The notes under the pieces: model-generated
What the model was told of the DNA's origin: nothing
Databases searched by the model: none
Seen by the model: the letters and a program-made list of their open reading frames with translations, nothing else
Source: an uncultured delta proteobacterium
GTDB lineage: Bacteria > Myxococcota > Kuafuiibacteriia > Kuafuiibacteriales > Kuafuiibacteriaceae
Direction of reading: 5' to 3'
Assembly: GCA_963803435.1 (NCBI GenBank)
Contig: CAWDML010000001.1
Coordinates: forward strand, 2,304,001-2,368,000
Length of the DNA: 64,000 bases
Shown: positions 27,472 through 38,515 of the stretch, in pieces
Layout: every line of letters starts with the position of its first letter
Position numbering within the stretch: position 1 is the first letter of the stretch
Program-made: the position numbers and the translations under genes

Positions 27472-28311
27472 ATGCCGAACGTCGATCTCCACCCACCCAA
27501 ACGGCTGCCTGCTTTTCGTAAGATCGCCATCGGAACCTGGGCTACGACCTATGATCCTCAGGTCTACGGGACGATGGTCGTTCGAATGGAACGCGCCCTC
27601 GACTACATCGAGACCTTTCGAAAAACCACAGGGCAGCGGCTGACCGTGACCCACCTCGTGGCAAAGATCGTGGCGACGGCGCTCGAAAAAACACCCGACG
27701 CCAACGCCCTGCTTCGTCTCGGTCGCGTCTATCTCCGGCAGAAAGTATCGGTGTTTCTCCAGGTCGTCATGATCGATCCGGTGACAGGAAAACCGGATCT
27801 ATCGGGTCTGACCCTACACAACATCGACCGCATGACGCTCGCCGACATCGTGGCAGCGACCGAGCACCAGGTCGCGAAGGTTCGCAACGACGAGGACGAA
27901 GCGCTGGCGCGCTCGCGCGGGTTGTTCTCGCGGCTCCCCGGCTTCGTTCTCCATCCGCTCCTGCGCTTCCTCTCTTTCGTGCTCTACGGTCTCAACATCG
28001 ATCTCCGTTTCCTGGGGGTCCCGCGGGACGGATTCGGATCGATCATGGTGACGAACATCGGCTCGCTCGGACTCGAGCAGGCCTACGCGCCGCTGGTTCC
28101 CTGGTCGCGCGTCCCGATGGTCGTCGCGGTCGGCAAGGTCACCGACGAGGCGGTCGTCGACGACGGCAAGGTCGTCCCAGGCAAAGTGATGCGTCTGTCC
28201 GCCACGTTCGACCACCGGCTGCTCGACGGTGCACACGCGGCCGCGCTCTCGCGCACGGTGCACGAGGCGTTCGCCGATCCCGAGGCCTTCTTCGGGCCCA
28301 TCCGATCGTGA
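27472..28311 (+). CDS. 2-oxoacid dehydrogenase E2-type acyltransferase, catalytic domain only
   Basis: GSIMVTNIGSLG and TFDHRLLDG. No lipoyl or E3-binding domain. Confidence 0.9.
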   Translation: MPNVDLHPPKRLPAFRKIAIGTWATTYDPQVYGTMVVRMERALDYIETFRKTTGQRLTVTHLVAKIVATALEKTPDANALLRLGRVYLRQKVSVFLQVVMIDPVTGKPDLSGLTLHNIDRMTLADIVAATEHQVAKVRNDEDEALARSRGLFSRLPGFVLHPLLRFLSFVLYGLNIDLRFLGVPRDGFGSIMVTNIGSLGLEQAYAPLVPWSRVPMVVAVGKVTDEAVVDDGKVVPGKVMRLSATFDHRLLDGAHAAALSRTVHEAFADPEAFFGPIRS

Positions 28312-28333
28312 GGCATCCTGGTAGACTGCGCTC

Positions 28334-28999
28334 GTGGTCGCCATCCTGACGCGACGGCTGGAGTTCCCTCCCGCCACCTCGGCGAACCGAGATGGCCTGG
28401 TCGCGGTCGGCGGTGACCTCTCGGTCGAGCGGCTCTTGCTGGCGTACCGGAGCGGCATCTTTCCGTGGCCGATCTTCGACGACGATCTGATGACCTGGTT
28501 CTCACCCGATCCGCGTGCGATCCTCGAGACCTCCGATCTGCGCGTCTCCCGCAGCCTCCAGAAGGTCCTGCGTCGCGGTGGGTTCGAGGTCACCTTCGAC
28601 CGCGACTTCGCGGCCGTCATCCGGGCCTGCGCCATGCCGGCGCCGGGCCGAATGTCCACCTGGATCACCCGTGAGCTCGAGCGCGCCTATGTCGAGCTCC
28701 ACCACGCGGGCCACGCGCACTCCGTCGAGACCTGGGTCGGCGGAGAGCTCGTCGGAGGGTTGTACGGCGTGTCGATCGGGGGTCTCTTCGCCGGAGAGTC
28801 GATGTTTTCCAATTACTCCAACGCGTCGAAGATCGCGCTCGTTCACCTGGTTGGGAGATTGAGGGAGAGAGACTTCCGTCTCCTCGACATCCAGCAAGGC
28901 ACGCCGCACATGCTCTCGATGGGCGGGAAATTGATCCCGAGAAGAGAGTATCTCGCTCGCCTCGCCGCGGCCCTCGAGCTCGATCGAACGTTCGAGTGA
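28334..28999 (+). CDS. aat: Leucyl/phenylalanyl-tRNA--protein transferase
   Basis: [59 protein letters not shown]. Confidence 0.96.
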   Translation: MVAILTRRLEFPPATSANRDGLVAVGGDLSVERLLLAYRSGIFPWPIFDDDLMTWFSPDPRAILETSDLRVSRSLQKVLRRGGFEVTFDRDFAAVIRACAMPAPGRMSTWITRELERAYVELHHAGHAHSVETWVGGELVGGLYGVSIGGLFAGESMFSNYSNASKIALVHLVGRLRERDFRLLDIQQGTPHMLSMGGKLIPRREYLARLAAALELDRTFE

Positions 29000-29074
29000 A
29001 ACGACGTCCGTCCGGTATTCGAACGTTCTCCGGATTCCGAACGGACGGAGGCTCGCAGCCTCATGTCTTTTGCC

Positions 29075-29090
29075 CGGCACGCGGCTTGCG
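29075..29090 (+). promoter_or_regulatory. Sigma-54 promoter of recA
   Basis: CGGCACGCGGCTTGCG (GG-N10-GC). Two TCCG-N5-CGAAC boxes upstream at 29010-29024 and 29028-29042. Confidence 0.7.
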
Positions 29091-29105
29091 TTGCGCTCGA
29101 GCAAC

Positions 29106-30179
29106 ATGGGCATCAAAGAAAAACTCAAGAGCGTCCAGACCGCGATCGGCGAGATCGAGAAGCAGTTCGGGCGGGGCGCGATCATGTGGCTGGGAGGCGG
29201 AGACGCCAAGCCTGAGGGCCCCCTCTCCGTCATCTCCACGGGGTCGGTCGGGCTCGACCTGGCGCTGGGCGTCGGCGGCCTCCCCCGCGGCAGAATCATC
29301 GAGATGTTCGGGCCGGAGTCCTCCGGTAAGACCACGATGGCGCTCCACGCGATCGCCTCGGTGCAGCGGGCCGGTGGCGTGGCCGCCTTCGTCGACGCCG
29401 AGCACGCGCTGGATCCGGCCTATTCGAGGGCGCTCGGCATCGACATCGATCAGCTCCTCGTCTCACAACCCGACCACGGCGAGCAGGCGCTCGAGATCAC
29501 CGAGACGCTGATCAGGAGCGGCTCGGTCGATCTGGTCGTCGTGGACTCCGTGGCTGCGCTGGTCCCGAGGGCCGAGATCGAGGGCGAGATGGGAGACGCT
29601 CACATGGGTTTGCAGGCCCGCCTCATGTCGCAGGCGATGCGAAAGCTGACCGGCCACGCCTCCAAGTCGAAGAGCACCATCATCTTCATCAACCAGATCC
29701 GACAGAAGATCGGCGTGACCTTTGGATCGCCGGAGACCACCACCGGCGGCAACGCGCTGAAGTTCTATGCGAGTGTCCGTCTGGACATCCGGCGCATCGG
29801 GACCGTGAAGGACGGCGAGAACGCGGTCGGCAGCCGGGTCCGGGCGAAGGTGGTGAAGAACAAGGTCGCCCCGCCCTTCCGCGAGACCGAGTTCGACGTG
29901 ATCTACGGAAAGGGTGTCTCGGTGTCGGGCGAGCTGATCGATCTGGCCGTGGAGAAGAAGCTCGTGGACAAGTCCGGCGCCTGGTACGCCCTGGGAGAGA
30001 CCAAGCTGGGACAGGGAAGGGAGCGCGCTCGCGACTATCTCGATGCGCGGCCGGTGCTCATGGAGCGAATGCGGGCCGCGCTGCTGTCGGACAAGCCGTC
30101 GATCGAGGCGCTGGGGAAGCCAGCGGAGTGGGAGCCGATGCCGTCGCCGCCTCCGCCGCCGGAGAAGAAGGCGGCGTGA
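29106..30179 (+). CDS. recA: Recombinase RecA
   Basis: [74 protein letters not shown]. Confidence 0.98.
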   Translation: MGIKEKLKSVQTAIGEIEKQFGRGAIMWLGGGDAKPEGPLSVISTGSVGLDLALGVGGLPRGRIIEMFGPESSGKTTMALHAIASVQRAGGVAAFVDAEHALDPAYSRALGIDIDQLLVSQPDHGEQALEITETLIRSGSVDLVVVDSVAALVPRAEIEGEMGDAHMGLQARLMSQAMRKLTGHASKSKSTIIFINQIRQKIGVTFGSPETTTGGNALKFYASVRLDIRRIGTVKDGENAVGSRVRAKVVKNKVAPPFRETEFDVIYGKGVSVSGELIDLAVEKKLVDKSGAWYALGETKLGQGRERARDYLDARPVLMERMRAALLSDKPSIEALGKPAEWEPMPSPPPPPEKKAA

Positions 30180-30184
30180 TCGTC

Positions 30185-31952
30185 TCAGCGGCGGCTCACC
30201 GGCTGGTCCTCGCCCGAGAGGCGGGCGGCCTTCTTCATGAGGCTGAGGAACTCCGCGCGGTCCGGCTCGTCGTAGGGGCGGGTGTCGGAGATGATCGAGA
30301 TGATCCGGGCGTACGACCAGCCGCTGGCGTACGGGCTCTGGCGGAGGAGCTCGGCGCCGCCCATGACGGCGGTGGCGAAGCGCATGTCCTCGGGGGCCTG
30401 TGTAAAGGGACGGTCGACCACGCGGACCGGAACCTCGAACGCAACCTCCTTCGCCGCGCTGCCGCGGGGCTTCTTGGCGCGAACGCGGATGGTGGCGAGG
30501 TGATCGGAGCGCTGGGCGTTGAGGGTGAGCTCGTAGAGCGCGGTGACCTGATGTCCGGCACCGATCTCACCGGCGTCGACCTTGTCGTTTCGGAAGTCCG
30601 CGTCCGCGATGTCGCGGTTCTCGTACCCGACCAGGCGATAGCTGGAGACCGACTCCTTGTCGAACTCGACCTGGATCTTCACGTCCTGCGCCACGTCCTG
30701 GATCATCTTGGTGAAGTCCCGACCGAAAACACGCTCGGCCATGCGCTCGGAGTCGACGTAGTAATAGTTGCCGTTACCCTTGTCCGCGAGTTGCTCCATC
30801 ATGGCGTCCTTGTAGTTTCCGTCGCCGAAGCCGATGGTCGACATGAAGACGCCTTCCTTCACGTAGCCCTCGATGCTCTTCAGGATCTGCTCGTGGGTGG
30901 TGGAGCCGATGTTGGCGTCGCCGTCGGAGAAGACGATCACGCGGGTGATCGCGCCCTCCCGGACCATCTGGATGGCCTGCTTGTAAGCCAGCTCCATGCC
31001 CGACGACATCGCCGTGCCGCCGCCGTTGGTGAGGCGATCGATGGCCCGGTCGATGATCTTCTTGTTGGACGCGTTGGTCGGCGGGAGGACGACGCTGACG
31101 CCGCCGGCGTAGGTGGTGATGGCGACGCGATCGTTCTCGCCGAGCTGGCCGACCGCCACGCGGAGGGCCTTCTTGGCCAGCGGCAGCCGGTCGGCGCTCG
31201 TCATCGAGCAGCTGGTGTCGACCAGGAACACGATGTTGGCGGGCAGTCGCTCCGCCGCGCTCACCGGCTTGGCCTGGATTCCGACGCGAAAGAGGTGCTT
31301 CTCTCCGTCGACCGGCGACAGCGAGCCGTCGGCCTGGATGCTGAAGAGATTGTCCGGGCCGCTGGGCGGATCGTAGTCGTACTTGAAATAGTTGATGAAC
31401 TCCTCCACGCGCACGAGGCTGGAGGTGGGCATTCGGTTCGCGTTGAGGGTGCGCCGCGCGATCGAGTACGCGGCGGTGTCGACGTCGATCGCGAAGGTGG
31501 AGAGCGCGTCTTCCTTCGTGTTGGTGAAGGCGTTGATCTCGAGCCTCGCGGCCCTCGAAGTCTCCGCCGACCTCCGACTCGGTCCGGCCGGTGGTCATCA
31601 GGCCGTCGAGCACATAGCCGTTCCCGCTCGGACCACCGGCGGACTTGGACTTCTTGGCGTCATGGGCGACGGGCTTCGAGACCGGCTCCGGGCGGCGGAG
31701 CGAGCGCGCATCGTCGGGCTTGGCAGACTGCGCGCGCGTCGCCGGTGGCGCCGGCGGCGCCGGCGGCGCGTCGAGGCTCACGGTCGCCACCGGAGCTTCT
31801 GCGGGCGTCATCTCCGCCTCCGCCTTGTCGCCGGCCGGCGCGGATTGCACCTTCGAGGTGTCCGAGGGGGCCGCCTGCTGCTCGTGCATCGCGAGGCAGC
31901 CGCCCAGAAGAGCGGAGATTCCGAGGGAGAGTCCGAGACGCTTTGCCACCAT
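30185..31952 (-). CDS. YfbK-like vWA lipoprotein (vWF_A + vWA + DUF3520), frameshift near 31553
   Basis: Lipobox LLGGC in one frame, then [53 protein letters not shown] in the next frame. Removing one base of CCC 31552-31554 joins them. Confidence 0.9.
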
Positions 31953-32011
31953 GCGACGGTCAAACGTGCCGACGAAAAAAAAGATCTACGCTGGCGAAGG
32001 TGATCCGGGTC

Positions 32012-34306
32012 ATGCAAGCTCGCGGCGTGCGAGCATGGAGCACAGCGCTGCTCGTCGCGCTCGCAGGGTGCAAGTGCACCGCCCAGGAGACCAAGACCAT
32101 GGAAGATCCCGTCGCTCCGCTGGCGCTCCCGGGGGCGGAGCCGTTCACGCCCGAGCTCACGCGGCGCCTCCGGGCGGCCCTGGCCGCCAAGGGGCCGGAC
32201 TACGTGCCGCGCACGGAGCACAAGAAACCCGGCGGCGCGCCCGAGTTCATCAATCGCCTGATCTTCGAGACCAGCCCCTATCTACTCCAGCACGCCCACA
32301 ATCCGGTGAGCTGGTACGCGTGGGGAGAAGAGGCGTTCGCCGCGGCCCGCGCGCTGGGCCGCCCGATCTTTCTCAGCGTCGGCTACTCCACCTGCCACTG
32401 GTGTCACGTGATGGAGCGGGAGTCCTTCGAGGACGAGGAGATCGCCGCCTATCTCAACGCCAACTTCGTCGCGATCAAGGTCGATCGCGAGGAACGCCCG
32501 GACGTCGACTCGGTCTACATGACGGCGGTCCAGCTGATGACCGGTGGGGGCGGCTGGCCGATGACCGTGGTCATGTTTCCGGACGGCAAGCCGTTCTTCG
32601 GCGGCACTTACTTTCCTCCGCGCGACGGCGACCGCGGGACGAGGATGGGCTTTCTCAGCATCCTGAAGCGCCTCAAGCAGGCCTACGATCAGGACCGCGA
32701 GAATGTCGTGCAGGCCAGCTTGCGCTTGGCCCAGGGCATGAAGATGTCCTCCGAGCGGGCCCAGGCTGAGCATGTACCCGGCCCGGAGGCGCTCACCACC
32801 GCCGCAGTGAAGCTGGCCGAGCGCTTCGATCCCACCTGGGGTGGCTTCGGTCGGGCGCCGAAGTTCCCGCGTCCCTCGACCTACGAGCTGCTGCTCCGCT
32901 ACCACCGGCGCAGCGGCGATCCGGGCGCGCTCGAGATGGTGACGCGCTCGCTCGATCACATGAGCCGCGGCGGCATGTACGATCAGATCGGGGGCGGCTT
33001 CCATCGTTACTCTACCGATGGCGAGTGGCTGGTCCCGCACTTCGAGAAGATGCTCTACGACAACGCGCAGCTGGCGACGCTGCTGGTGGAGACCTGGCAG
33101 GTCACGCGCGAGGCGCGCTTCCAGGACATCGCCCGCGAGACGCTGGACTACGTGCTGCGCGAGATGACCAGCCCCGAAGGCGCCTTTTACTCGGCGACGG
33201 ACGCCGACAGCGAAGGCGAGGAGGGCCTCTTCTTCGTCTGGAAGAAGGACGAGCTGGAGCGGTTGCTCGGGCCCGAGCTGGCGCCGGCGGCGATCCGTTA
33301 CTGGGGCGTCACGGACCGCGGAAACTTCGAGGGCCGGAACATCCTCTTCCGTCCGGACCCGGCCGCTCCGCCGCCGTCGATCGCGACGGCGCGGGCGATC
33401 CTCTACGAGGCGCGCAAGAAACGGATCCCACCGCTGCTCGACGACAAGGTGCTGACGGAGTGGAACGCGCAGATGATCTCCGCGTTCGCGAAGGCCGGCC
33501 TGGCGTTCGGCGAGCCCCGCTATGTCGCCGCTGCCGAGAAGGCCGCCGACTTCCTGCTGGCGAACATGAAGACAGCGGACGGACGGCTCCGGCGCGCCTG
33601 GCGCAACGGCCAGCCGAAGCACCAGGGCGTGCTCGAGGACTATGCGTTCCTGACGTCGGCGCTGCTCGACGTGTACGAGGCCGATGGTAGGACGCGCTAC
33701 CTCGACGAGGCCCTCGCGATCCACCACACCACCGAGAAGCTCTTTCTCGACGAAGACAAGGGCGCGTTCTTCGGGACTCCGATCGATGGCGAGGCGCTGC
33801 TGATCCGCGAGAAGCCAACCTACGACGGAGCCCAACCCTCCGGGAACTCCGCGGCGGCGATGAACCTGCTGCGGATCGCAGAGCTGACCACCGAGGATCG
33901 GTACCGCCGCACCGCCGAGAAGCTCTTCGCGGCGCTCGGCGAGAGCCTGGCCGGCGGAGCCCTCGAGTGTCCGCAGCTGGCCCTCGCTCTCGACTTCTTC
34001 GACGATCAGGCGAAGGAGATCGTCATCGTCACCAGCCCGGGCGATCCGGGCGAGGCGCTCCTGGAGGTGGTACGAACCGCGTTTCTCCCCAATCGCGTCC
34101 TGGTCACCACCCCGGCGGAGGCGGTCGAGCGGCTGAAGACCACGATCCCGCTGGTCGAGTCGAAGCGGGCCGTCGACGGCAAGGCCACGGCCTACGTCTG
34201 CCTGGCCCAGGCCTGCAAGCGACCCACCTCGTCGGCCGATGAGCTGCGCGTCCAGCTCCGCGAGGTCGCACCGTTGCCCGCGGCCCCCCGGCTCAAGGTA
34301 CGCTGA
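32012..34306 (+). CDS. YyaL/SSP411-type thioredoxin-domain (DUF255) protein with lipoprotein-like N-terminus
   Basis: [60 protein letters not shown]. In-frame GTG at 32000 is an alternative start. Confidence 0.93.
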   Translation: MQARGVRAWSTALLVALAGCKCTAQETKTMEDPVAPLALPGAEPFTPELTRRLRAALAAKGPDYVPRTEHKKPGGAPEFINRLIFETSPYLLQHAHNPVSWYAWGEEAFAAARALGRPIFLSVGYSTCHWCHVMERESFEDEEIAAYLNANFVAIKVDREERPDVDSVYMTAVQLMTGGGGWPMTVVMFPDGKPFFGGTYFPPRDGDRGTRMGFLSILKRLKQAYDQDRENVVQASLRLAQGMKMSSERAQAEHVPGPEALTTAAVKLAERFDPTWGGFGRAPKFPRPSTYELLLRYHRRSGDPGALEMVTRSLDHMSRGGMYDQIGGGFHRYSTDGEWLVPHFEKMLYDNAQLATLLVETWQVTREARFQDIARETLDYVLREMTSPEGAFYSATDADSEGEEGLFFVWKKDELERLLGPELAPAAIRYWGVTDRGNFEGRNILFRPDPAAPPPSIATARAILYEARKKRIPPLLDDKVLTEWNAQMISAFAKAGLAFGEPRYVAAAEKAADFLLANMKTADGRLRRAWRNGQPKHQGVLEDYAFLTSALLDVYEADGRTRYLDEALAIHHTTEKLFLDEDKGAFFGTPIDGEALLIREKPTYDGAQPSGNSAAAMNLLRIAELTTEDRYRRTAEKLFAALGESLAGGALECPQLALALDFFDDQAKEIVIVTSPGDPGEALLEVVRTAFLPNRVLVTTPAEAVERLKTTIPLVESKRAVDGKATAYVCLAQACKRPTSSADELRVQLREVAPLPAAPRLKVR

Positions 34307-34312
34307 CGACCC

Positions 34313-35395
34313 GTGTCCCCGATCCTGCTCAGCGCCCTCGCCGTGGTGACCGCGATCCCGATCGATCGAACCCTCGAGGCGCTGCCGAAGGATCCGAGAG
34401 CCGCGCTCCTGGCGGCCGGAGAGAAGCTGGCTGCCAAGAAGATCGTCGTCGGCGGCTATGAGCTCGACGGCGCCGCGCTCCAGGCCGTCGCGCGGAGCAA
34501 GGACCCCTCGCTTCTGCGTGCCGTGCGGGAGGGGCTGCACCGTCCGATCGATCTGGAGGACTTCATCTTCTTTCTCGACGATGTGATCGTCGCGAAGGGC
34601 GCAGGGGCGCGGATCGTCGTCACCTCGGACCGCGCGCGCTCGTACGGCATCCTGATCCATCCCCACGACGTCTTCGGCTCGCCGCAGCAGCACAAGGTCT
34701 ACGCCCGCGACGCGCACACGCTGCCGACCGACGATCCTCCGCTCCAGGACAACCTGGAGCCGGCGGCGGATGGGGAGCCCCTCGGTCCGCGATGGGCGGC
34801 GCGCTACCAGCAACCCGCCACCTTCGCCGGGCGGCTCGACGAGCTGGAGGCGGCCAACGCCCGCTTCGGCAAGGCGATGAAGTCGCTGGTGGCGCAGCTC
34901 GAACGGCAGGGGGCGGCGATCATCGTCGAGTCGGCGGTTCGCAGCCGTGCGCGCGGCTATCTGATCTACGGCTCGTACTATCTCAGCCGTGCGAAGAGCC
35001 GGTCCGAGCTCACCCGCCGGATCGATCGCCTCGTCGAGTACAACCGGAGCTGGTCGCTGGCGGTGCCGATCGAGTGGCACCATCCCGGCGGCTTCCTGGC
35101 CACCGTCGAGGCGGCCCGCCGTATGGCCGACACCTACGGAGTCGACTTCGCCAGCATCCAGGGGGCCCGCCGCTCCGATCACTACGACGGGAGGGCGATC
35201 GACCTGGTGGCGGTGGACCTCCCGCGCCGGCTCGAGCTGGCCGCACCCGACGGCGCGACCCACAGCTTCGATCTGTCGGCGCCCGAGGAGACCCGCGATC
35301 TCAGCCTGACGCCGGCGTTGATCGAGTGGGTAGAGACGCACTTCGGCGTGAAGAAGCTGCGCACGGACTATCCGCACTGGAAGGACCCGAGTTGA
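34313..35395 (+). CDS. Secreted protein with M15-type (LAS) Zn-peptidase motifs
   Basis: Signal peptide, VESAVRS, RSDHYDGRAIDL (SxHxxGxAxD), DYPHW. Confidence 0.6.
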   Translation: MSPILLSALAVVTAIPIDRTLEALPKDPRAALLAAGEKLAAKKIVVGGYELDGAALQAVARSKDPSLLRAVREGLHRPIDLEDFIFFLDDVIVAKGAGARIVVTSDRARSYGILIHPHDVFGSPQQHKVYARDAHTLPTDDPPLQDNLEPAADGEPLGPRWAARYQQPATFAGRLDELEAANARFGKAMKSLVAQLERQGAAIIVESAVRSRARGYLIYGSYYLSRAKSRSELTRRIDRLVEYNRSWSLAVPIEWHHPGGFLATVEAARRMADTYGVDFASIQGARRSDHYDGRAIDLVAVDLPRRLELAAPDGATHSFDLSAPEETRDLSLTPALIEWVETHFGVKKLRTDYPHWKDPS

Positions 35396-36378
35396 ACAGG
35401 GCGCTCGATCCGATCCGCCACCTCGTGGACAACGGGGACGGCTGGAAGCTCGACATCAAGCAGTACAAGGTCGAGGCGCGGTTCGATCCGCGCCTACGCC
35501 CCATCGTGATCATCCCCGGATACTGCATGAACACCTTCATCCTCGCGTTTCACCCGCGGGGGACCTCGCTCGTCGAGTATCTCTGCCGGCAGGGGTTCGA
35601 GGTCTTCACCGCCAACCTGCGCGGGCAGGGCGAGTCCGAGCAGCTCGCGCACGGCACGCGTCGCATTGGCTTTCGCGAGCTGGGGCTCGTCGATCTCCCC
35701 GCCGCGATCGACTTCGCCCAGGAGCGCGCCACCGGACGCGGCGCCGAAGACGTCCACCTCATCGGCTGCAGCCTGGGTGGGTCGATCGCGTACGGATACC
35801 TGGCGCACCATCCGGATCGCCACCGCCTCCGCTCCATGGTGGCGATGGGCGCCCCGCTCATTTGGGAGGGCGCCCATCCGCTGATCAAGCTCCTGTTCTC
35901 GTCGCCGCGCCTGGCCGCGCTCGTCGATCTGCGCGGCACGCGCCGGCTGGCGCGGGTGGCCCTCCCGATCGCGACGCGGCTCCCGCAGCTCCTCTCGATC
36001 TACATGAACACGGACGGGATCGATCTGAGCCGCGGCGACCAGCTGGTGCGCACGGTCGACGATCCGCACAGCCACCTCAACGTGCAGATCGTCCACTGGA
36101 TCCGCACCGGGAAGCTGCTGGTCGGCCAGACGAACGTGGCGGAGGCCCTCGCCTCGGTCGATCTGCCGCTGCTCAACATTTTCGCCAACGCGGACGGCAT
36201 CGTACCGCCGGCGGCCGCCCGCACGATCGCAGCACACCTCGGCTCGACCGACGTACAGCACCTCGAGGTGGGAGACGCCGGCGCCTGGTTCGCGCATGCC
36301 GACATGTTCATCAACGACCAGGCCGAGGCCCGCGTGTTCGAGCCGATGGCGAGGTGGTTGCTGGATTGGGAGCCGTGA
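35392..36378 (+). CDS. Alpha/beta-fold hydrolase (PHA-synthase-like / lipase family)
   Basis: TTG overlaps upstream stop. PIVIIPG, LRGQG, DLPAAI, HLIGCSLGG, ADGIVPP, FAHAD. Confidence 0.88.
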   Translation: MNRALDPIRHLVDNGDGWKLDIKQYKVEARFDPRLRPIVIIPGYCMNTFILAFHPRGTSLVEYLCRQGFEVFTANLRGQGESEQLAHGTRRIGFRELGLVDLPAAIDFAQERATGRGAEDVHLIGCSLGGSIAYGYLAHHPDRHRLRSMVAMGAPLIWEGAHPLIKLLFSSPRLAALVDLRGTRRLARVALPIATRLPQLLSIYMNTDGIDLSRGDQLVRTVDDPHSHLNVQIVHWIRTGKLLVGQTNVAEALASVDLPLLNIFANADGIVPPAAARTIAAHLGSTDVQHLEVGDAGAWFAHADMFINDQAEARVFEPMARWLLDWEP

Positions 36379-36379
36379 G

Positions 36380-37699
36380 ATGCCCAGATACGAGCGAGAC
36401 GAGAGCTGGTTCACCATCGAGGTCGACGGGACCGAGCTGGTCGTGCGGGACGTGGAGGGCGAGCGCGTCGAGCGCTTCGAGCTCGAAGAGGACGCCGAAG
36501 GCGCCTACGACGATCGGGTCTTCGCGGCGCTGGAGGCGGGCTACCGGCTGGCGGCCGAGCCGGAGCCCAGCGATCCGAGGCGGGCGCTCGAGCAAGCGAT
36601 CCTGAGCGCGCCCGACGACCTCGAGGCTCACCTGGTCTACGCGGACCTGCTGATGACCGAGGACGATCCGCGTGGGGAGCTGATCGCGATCTCCGCCGGT
36701 CTTTCCTCTCGACCCGACGACCCCGACCTCCGGGGCCGGGAGACCCGCTTCCTCAAGGAGCACGCCGACGACTTCTACGGCGACTTCGACGACCTGATCG
36801 CGCTGGGCCTCCAGCTCGAGTGGAAGCTCGGCTTCATCCGCACCGCCCGGCTGCTCGTACGCGAGCGCGACTGGAACGAGGAGGACGACTCCGCGACCAC
36901 CGAGGAGATGGCGGCGTTGCTCTCGAGCTTCCTCGCTCATGCGTCCACCCGGTTCCTCCGCGAGCTCCAGATCCGGATGCGCTGGCACGACATCGACGAC
37001 GAGGGCGTGCTCGACCCGATCGTCGCAGCGATCGCCACCACCGACGGTCCTTGGGACACGCTGGCCTCGCTCGATCTCTCACCGGGCCACGAGGACGAGA
37101 CCCGCACACAGCTGGGCAACGGAGACCTCCTCTTCTCCAACCTCCCCGCGCTCCACACGCTGCGCATCCGCTGCGACGAGCTCTTCCTCCGCGACCTGGG
37201 AACGGCGCGGCTCCCCTCTGCCCACGAGGCGCTCAGGCACCTCGGGCTCGGCGGCTGCGTCTCGCCCGCGGTGGTGCGGGCGCTGTCGGCGGCGCGCTGG
37301 CCGTCCCTCGAGGAGCTCGACCTGTCGCTCCTTCGCACCACGATCCAGCCGGGCGCGCTGGCGGCGCTGTTCGCCAATCCCGACCGTCTCCCGGCGCTCA
37401 CCACGCTGCGCCTGCGCCGCGCCGCCTTCACGGACGAGCTCGCCGACTTGCTGCTGGCCGCGCCGCGCTTCGCCGAGCGGCTGGAGGTCCTCGATCTCTC
37501 CTCCGGAAGCATGACCAACGCTGGGGCCGAGATCCTGATCCGTGGCTTCGATTGGTTCAGGCGCTTGAAGCGGCTCGACCTGACGGCGAACCGGATGGGC
37601 GGCGACGTCCTCTTCGATCTACGCAAGCTGTCCTGCGAGGTCGCCTTCGAAGACCAGCTCGCCGAGGGCGACGACCGGTTCGACGAGATCCAGGAGTGA
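36380..37699 (+). CDS. TIGR02996-domain leucine-rich-repeat protein (WGR-like N-terminus)
   Basis: LEQAILSAPDDLEAHLVYADLL...DPRGELI, WKLGFI, LRR units LEELDLS, LEVLDLSSGSMT, LKRLDLTAN. Confidence 0.88.
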   Translation: MPRYERDESWFTIEVDGTELVVRDVEGERVERFELEEDAEGAYDDRVFAALEAGYRLAAEPEPSDPRRALEQAILSAPDDLEAHLVYADLLMTEDDPRGELIAISAGLSSRPDDPDLRGRETRFLKEHADDFYGDFDDLIALGLQLEWKLGFIRTARLLVRERDWNEEDDSATTEEMAALLSSFLAHASTRFLRELQIRMRWHDIDDEGVLDPIVAAIATTDGPWDTLASLDLSPGHEDETRTQLGNGDLLFSNLPALHTLRIRCDELFLRDLGTARLPSAHEALRHLGLGGCVSPAVVRALSAARWPSLEELDLSLLRTTIQPGALAALFANPDRLPALTTLRLRRAAFTDELADLLLAAPRFAERLEVLDLSSGSMTNAGAEILIRGFDWFRRLKRLDLTANRMGGDVLFDLRKLSCEVAFEDQLAEGDDRFDEIQE

Positions 37700-37702
37700 G
37701 CC

Positions 37703-38515
37703 CTACCTGAGCAGCGCCGTCCCCGTGCTTCCCGGCGTCTCCACGGCCCTGGCCAGATCGCCCGCGGACAGGTCGCCGAGAATGTGGATCTGCTCGACCC
37801 CGTTCTCGAGCGAGACGAACGACTCCTCGAGCTTCGGGATCATCCCGCCCTGTACCACGCCGTCGGCGATCGCCCGGCGTGCGTCGGCGACGGTGAGGCG
37901 CGCGATCCGCGTGCTCGGATCCCGGACGTCGGCGAGCACGCCCGGGGTGCCGGTGATGAGGAGCAGCCGGTCCACCTTCATCTGCTCTGCGATCCGGTTC
38001 GCCACCGTGTCGGCGTTGATGTTGTAAGGCCGCCCGAGCTCGTCGCCGGCGATGCACGCGATCACCGGCACGTGCCCGGCGGACAGCAGCAGATCGAGGA
38101 GCGCGGTGTCGACCCGGCTGACGTCGCCGACGTGGCCGAAGTCGACGAGCTCCTCGCCGACGCGCGTCGGGGGGCGCTTCCGGCAGACGATCAGCCCAGC
38201 GCTGACGCCGTTCAGCCCGATCGCCGAGAGCCCCACGCCGCGGAGCACGCTCACCAGCTCGATGTTGAGGCGACCGCCCACCACCATCTCGAGGGCCTCG
38301 AGTGCGAGGTCATCGGTGACGCGTCGCCCGCCCACGATCCGAGGCTCCGATCCCAGCTGGCGCATCAGCGCGGTCAGCTGAGGGCCACCTCCGTGGACCA
38401 GCACCGGCCGGTGACCGGCGTCGTGGAGGTGGCGAAGGTCGGCGGCGATCGCGAGTAGCTCGGCGCGCTTCGGCGGGGTGAGGAGCTCGCCGCCGAGCTT
38501 CACCAGGAGGCGCAT
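37703..38515 (-). CDS. argB: Acetylglutamate kinase
   Basis: LVKLGG, LVHGGGPQ, GGRRVTD, DFGHVGDV, YNINADTVA, GGMIPKL. ATG coupled to argC stop. Confidence 0.92.
   Translation of the reverse strand: MRLLVKLGGELLTPPKRAELLAIAADLRHLHDAGHRPVLVHGGGPQLTALMRQLGSEPRIVGGRRVTDDLALEALEMVVGGRLNIELVSVLRGVGLSAIGLNGVSAGLIVCRKRPPTRVGEELVDFGHVGDVSRVDTALLDLLLSAGHVPVIACIAGDELGRPYNINADTVANRIAEQMKVDRLLLITGTPGVLADVRDPSTRIARLTVADARRAIADGVVQGGMIPKLEESFVSLENGVEQIHILGDLSAGDLARAVETPGSTGTALLR

Noticed and set aside
28985-29030. GAACGTTC palindromes upstream of recA as a LexA/SOS box
   Set aside because: They lack the N4 spacer of the Gram-positive GAAC-N4-GTTC box, and one copy lies inside the aat coding end. The sigma-54/UAS interpretation fits better.
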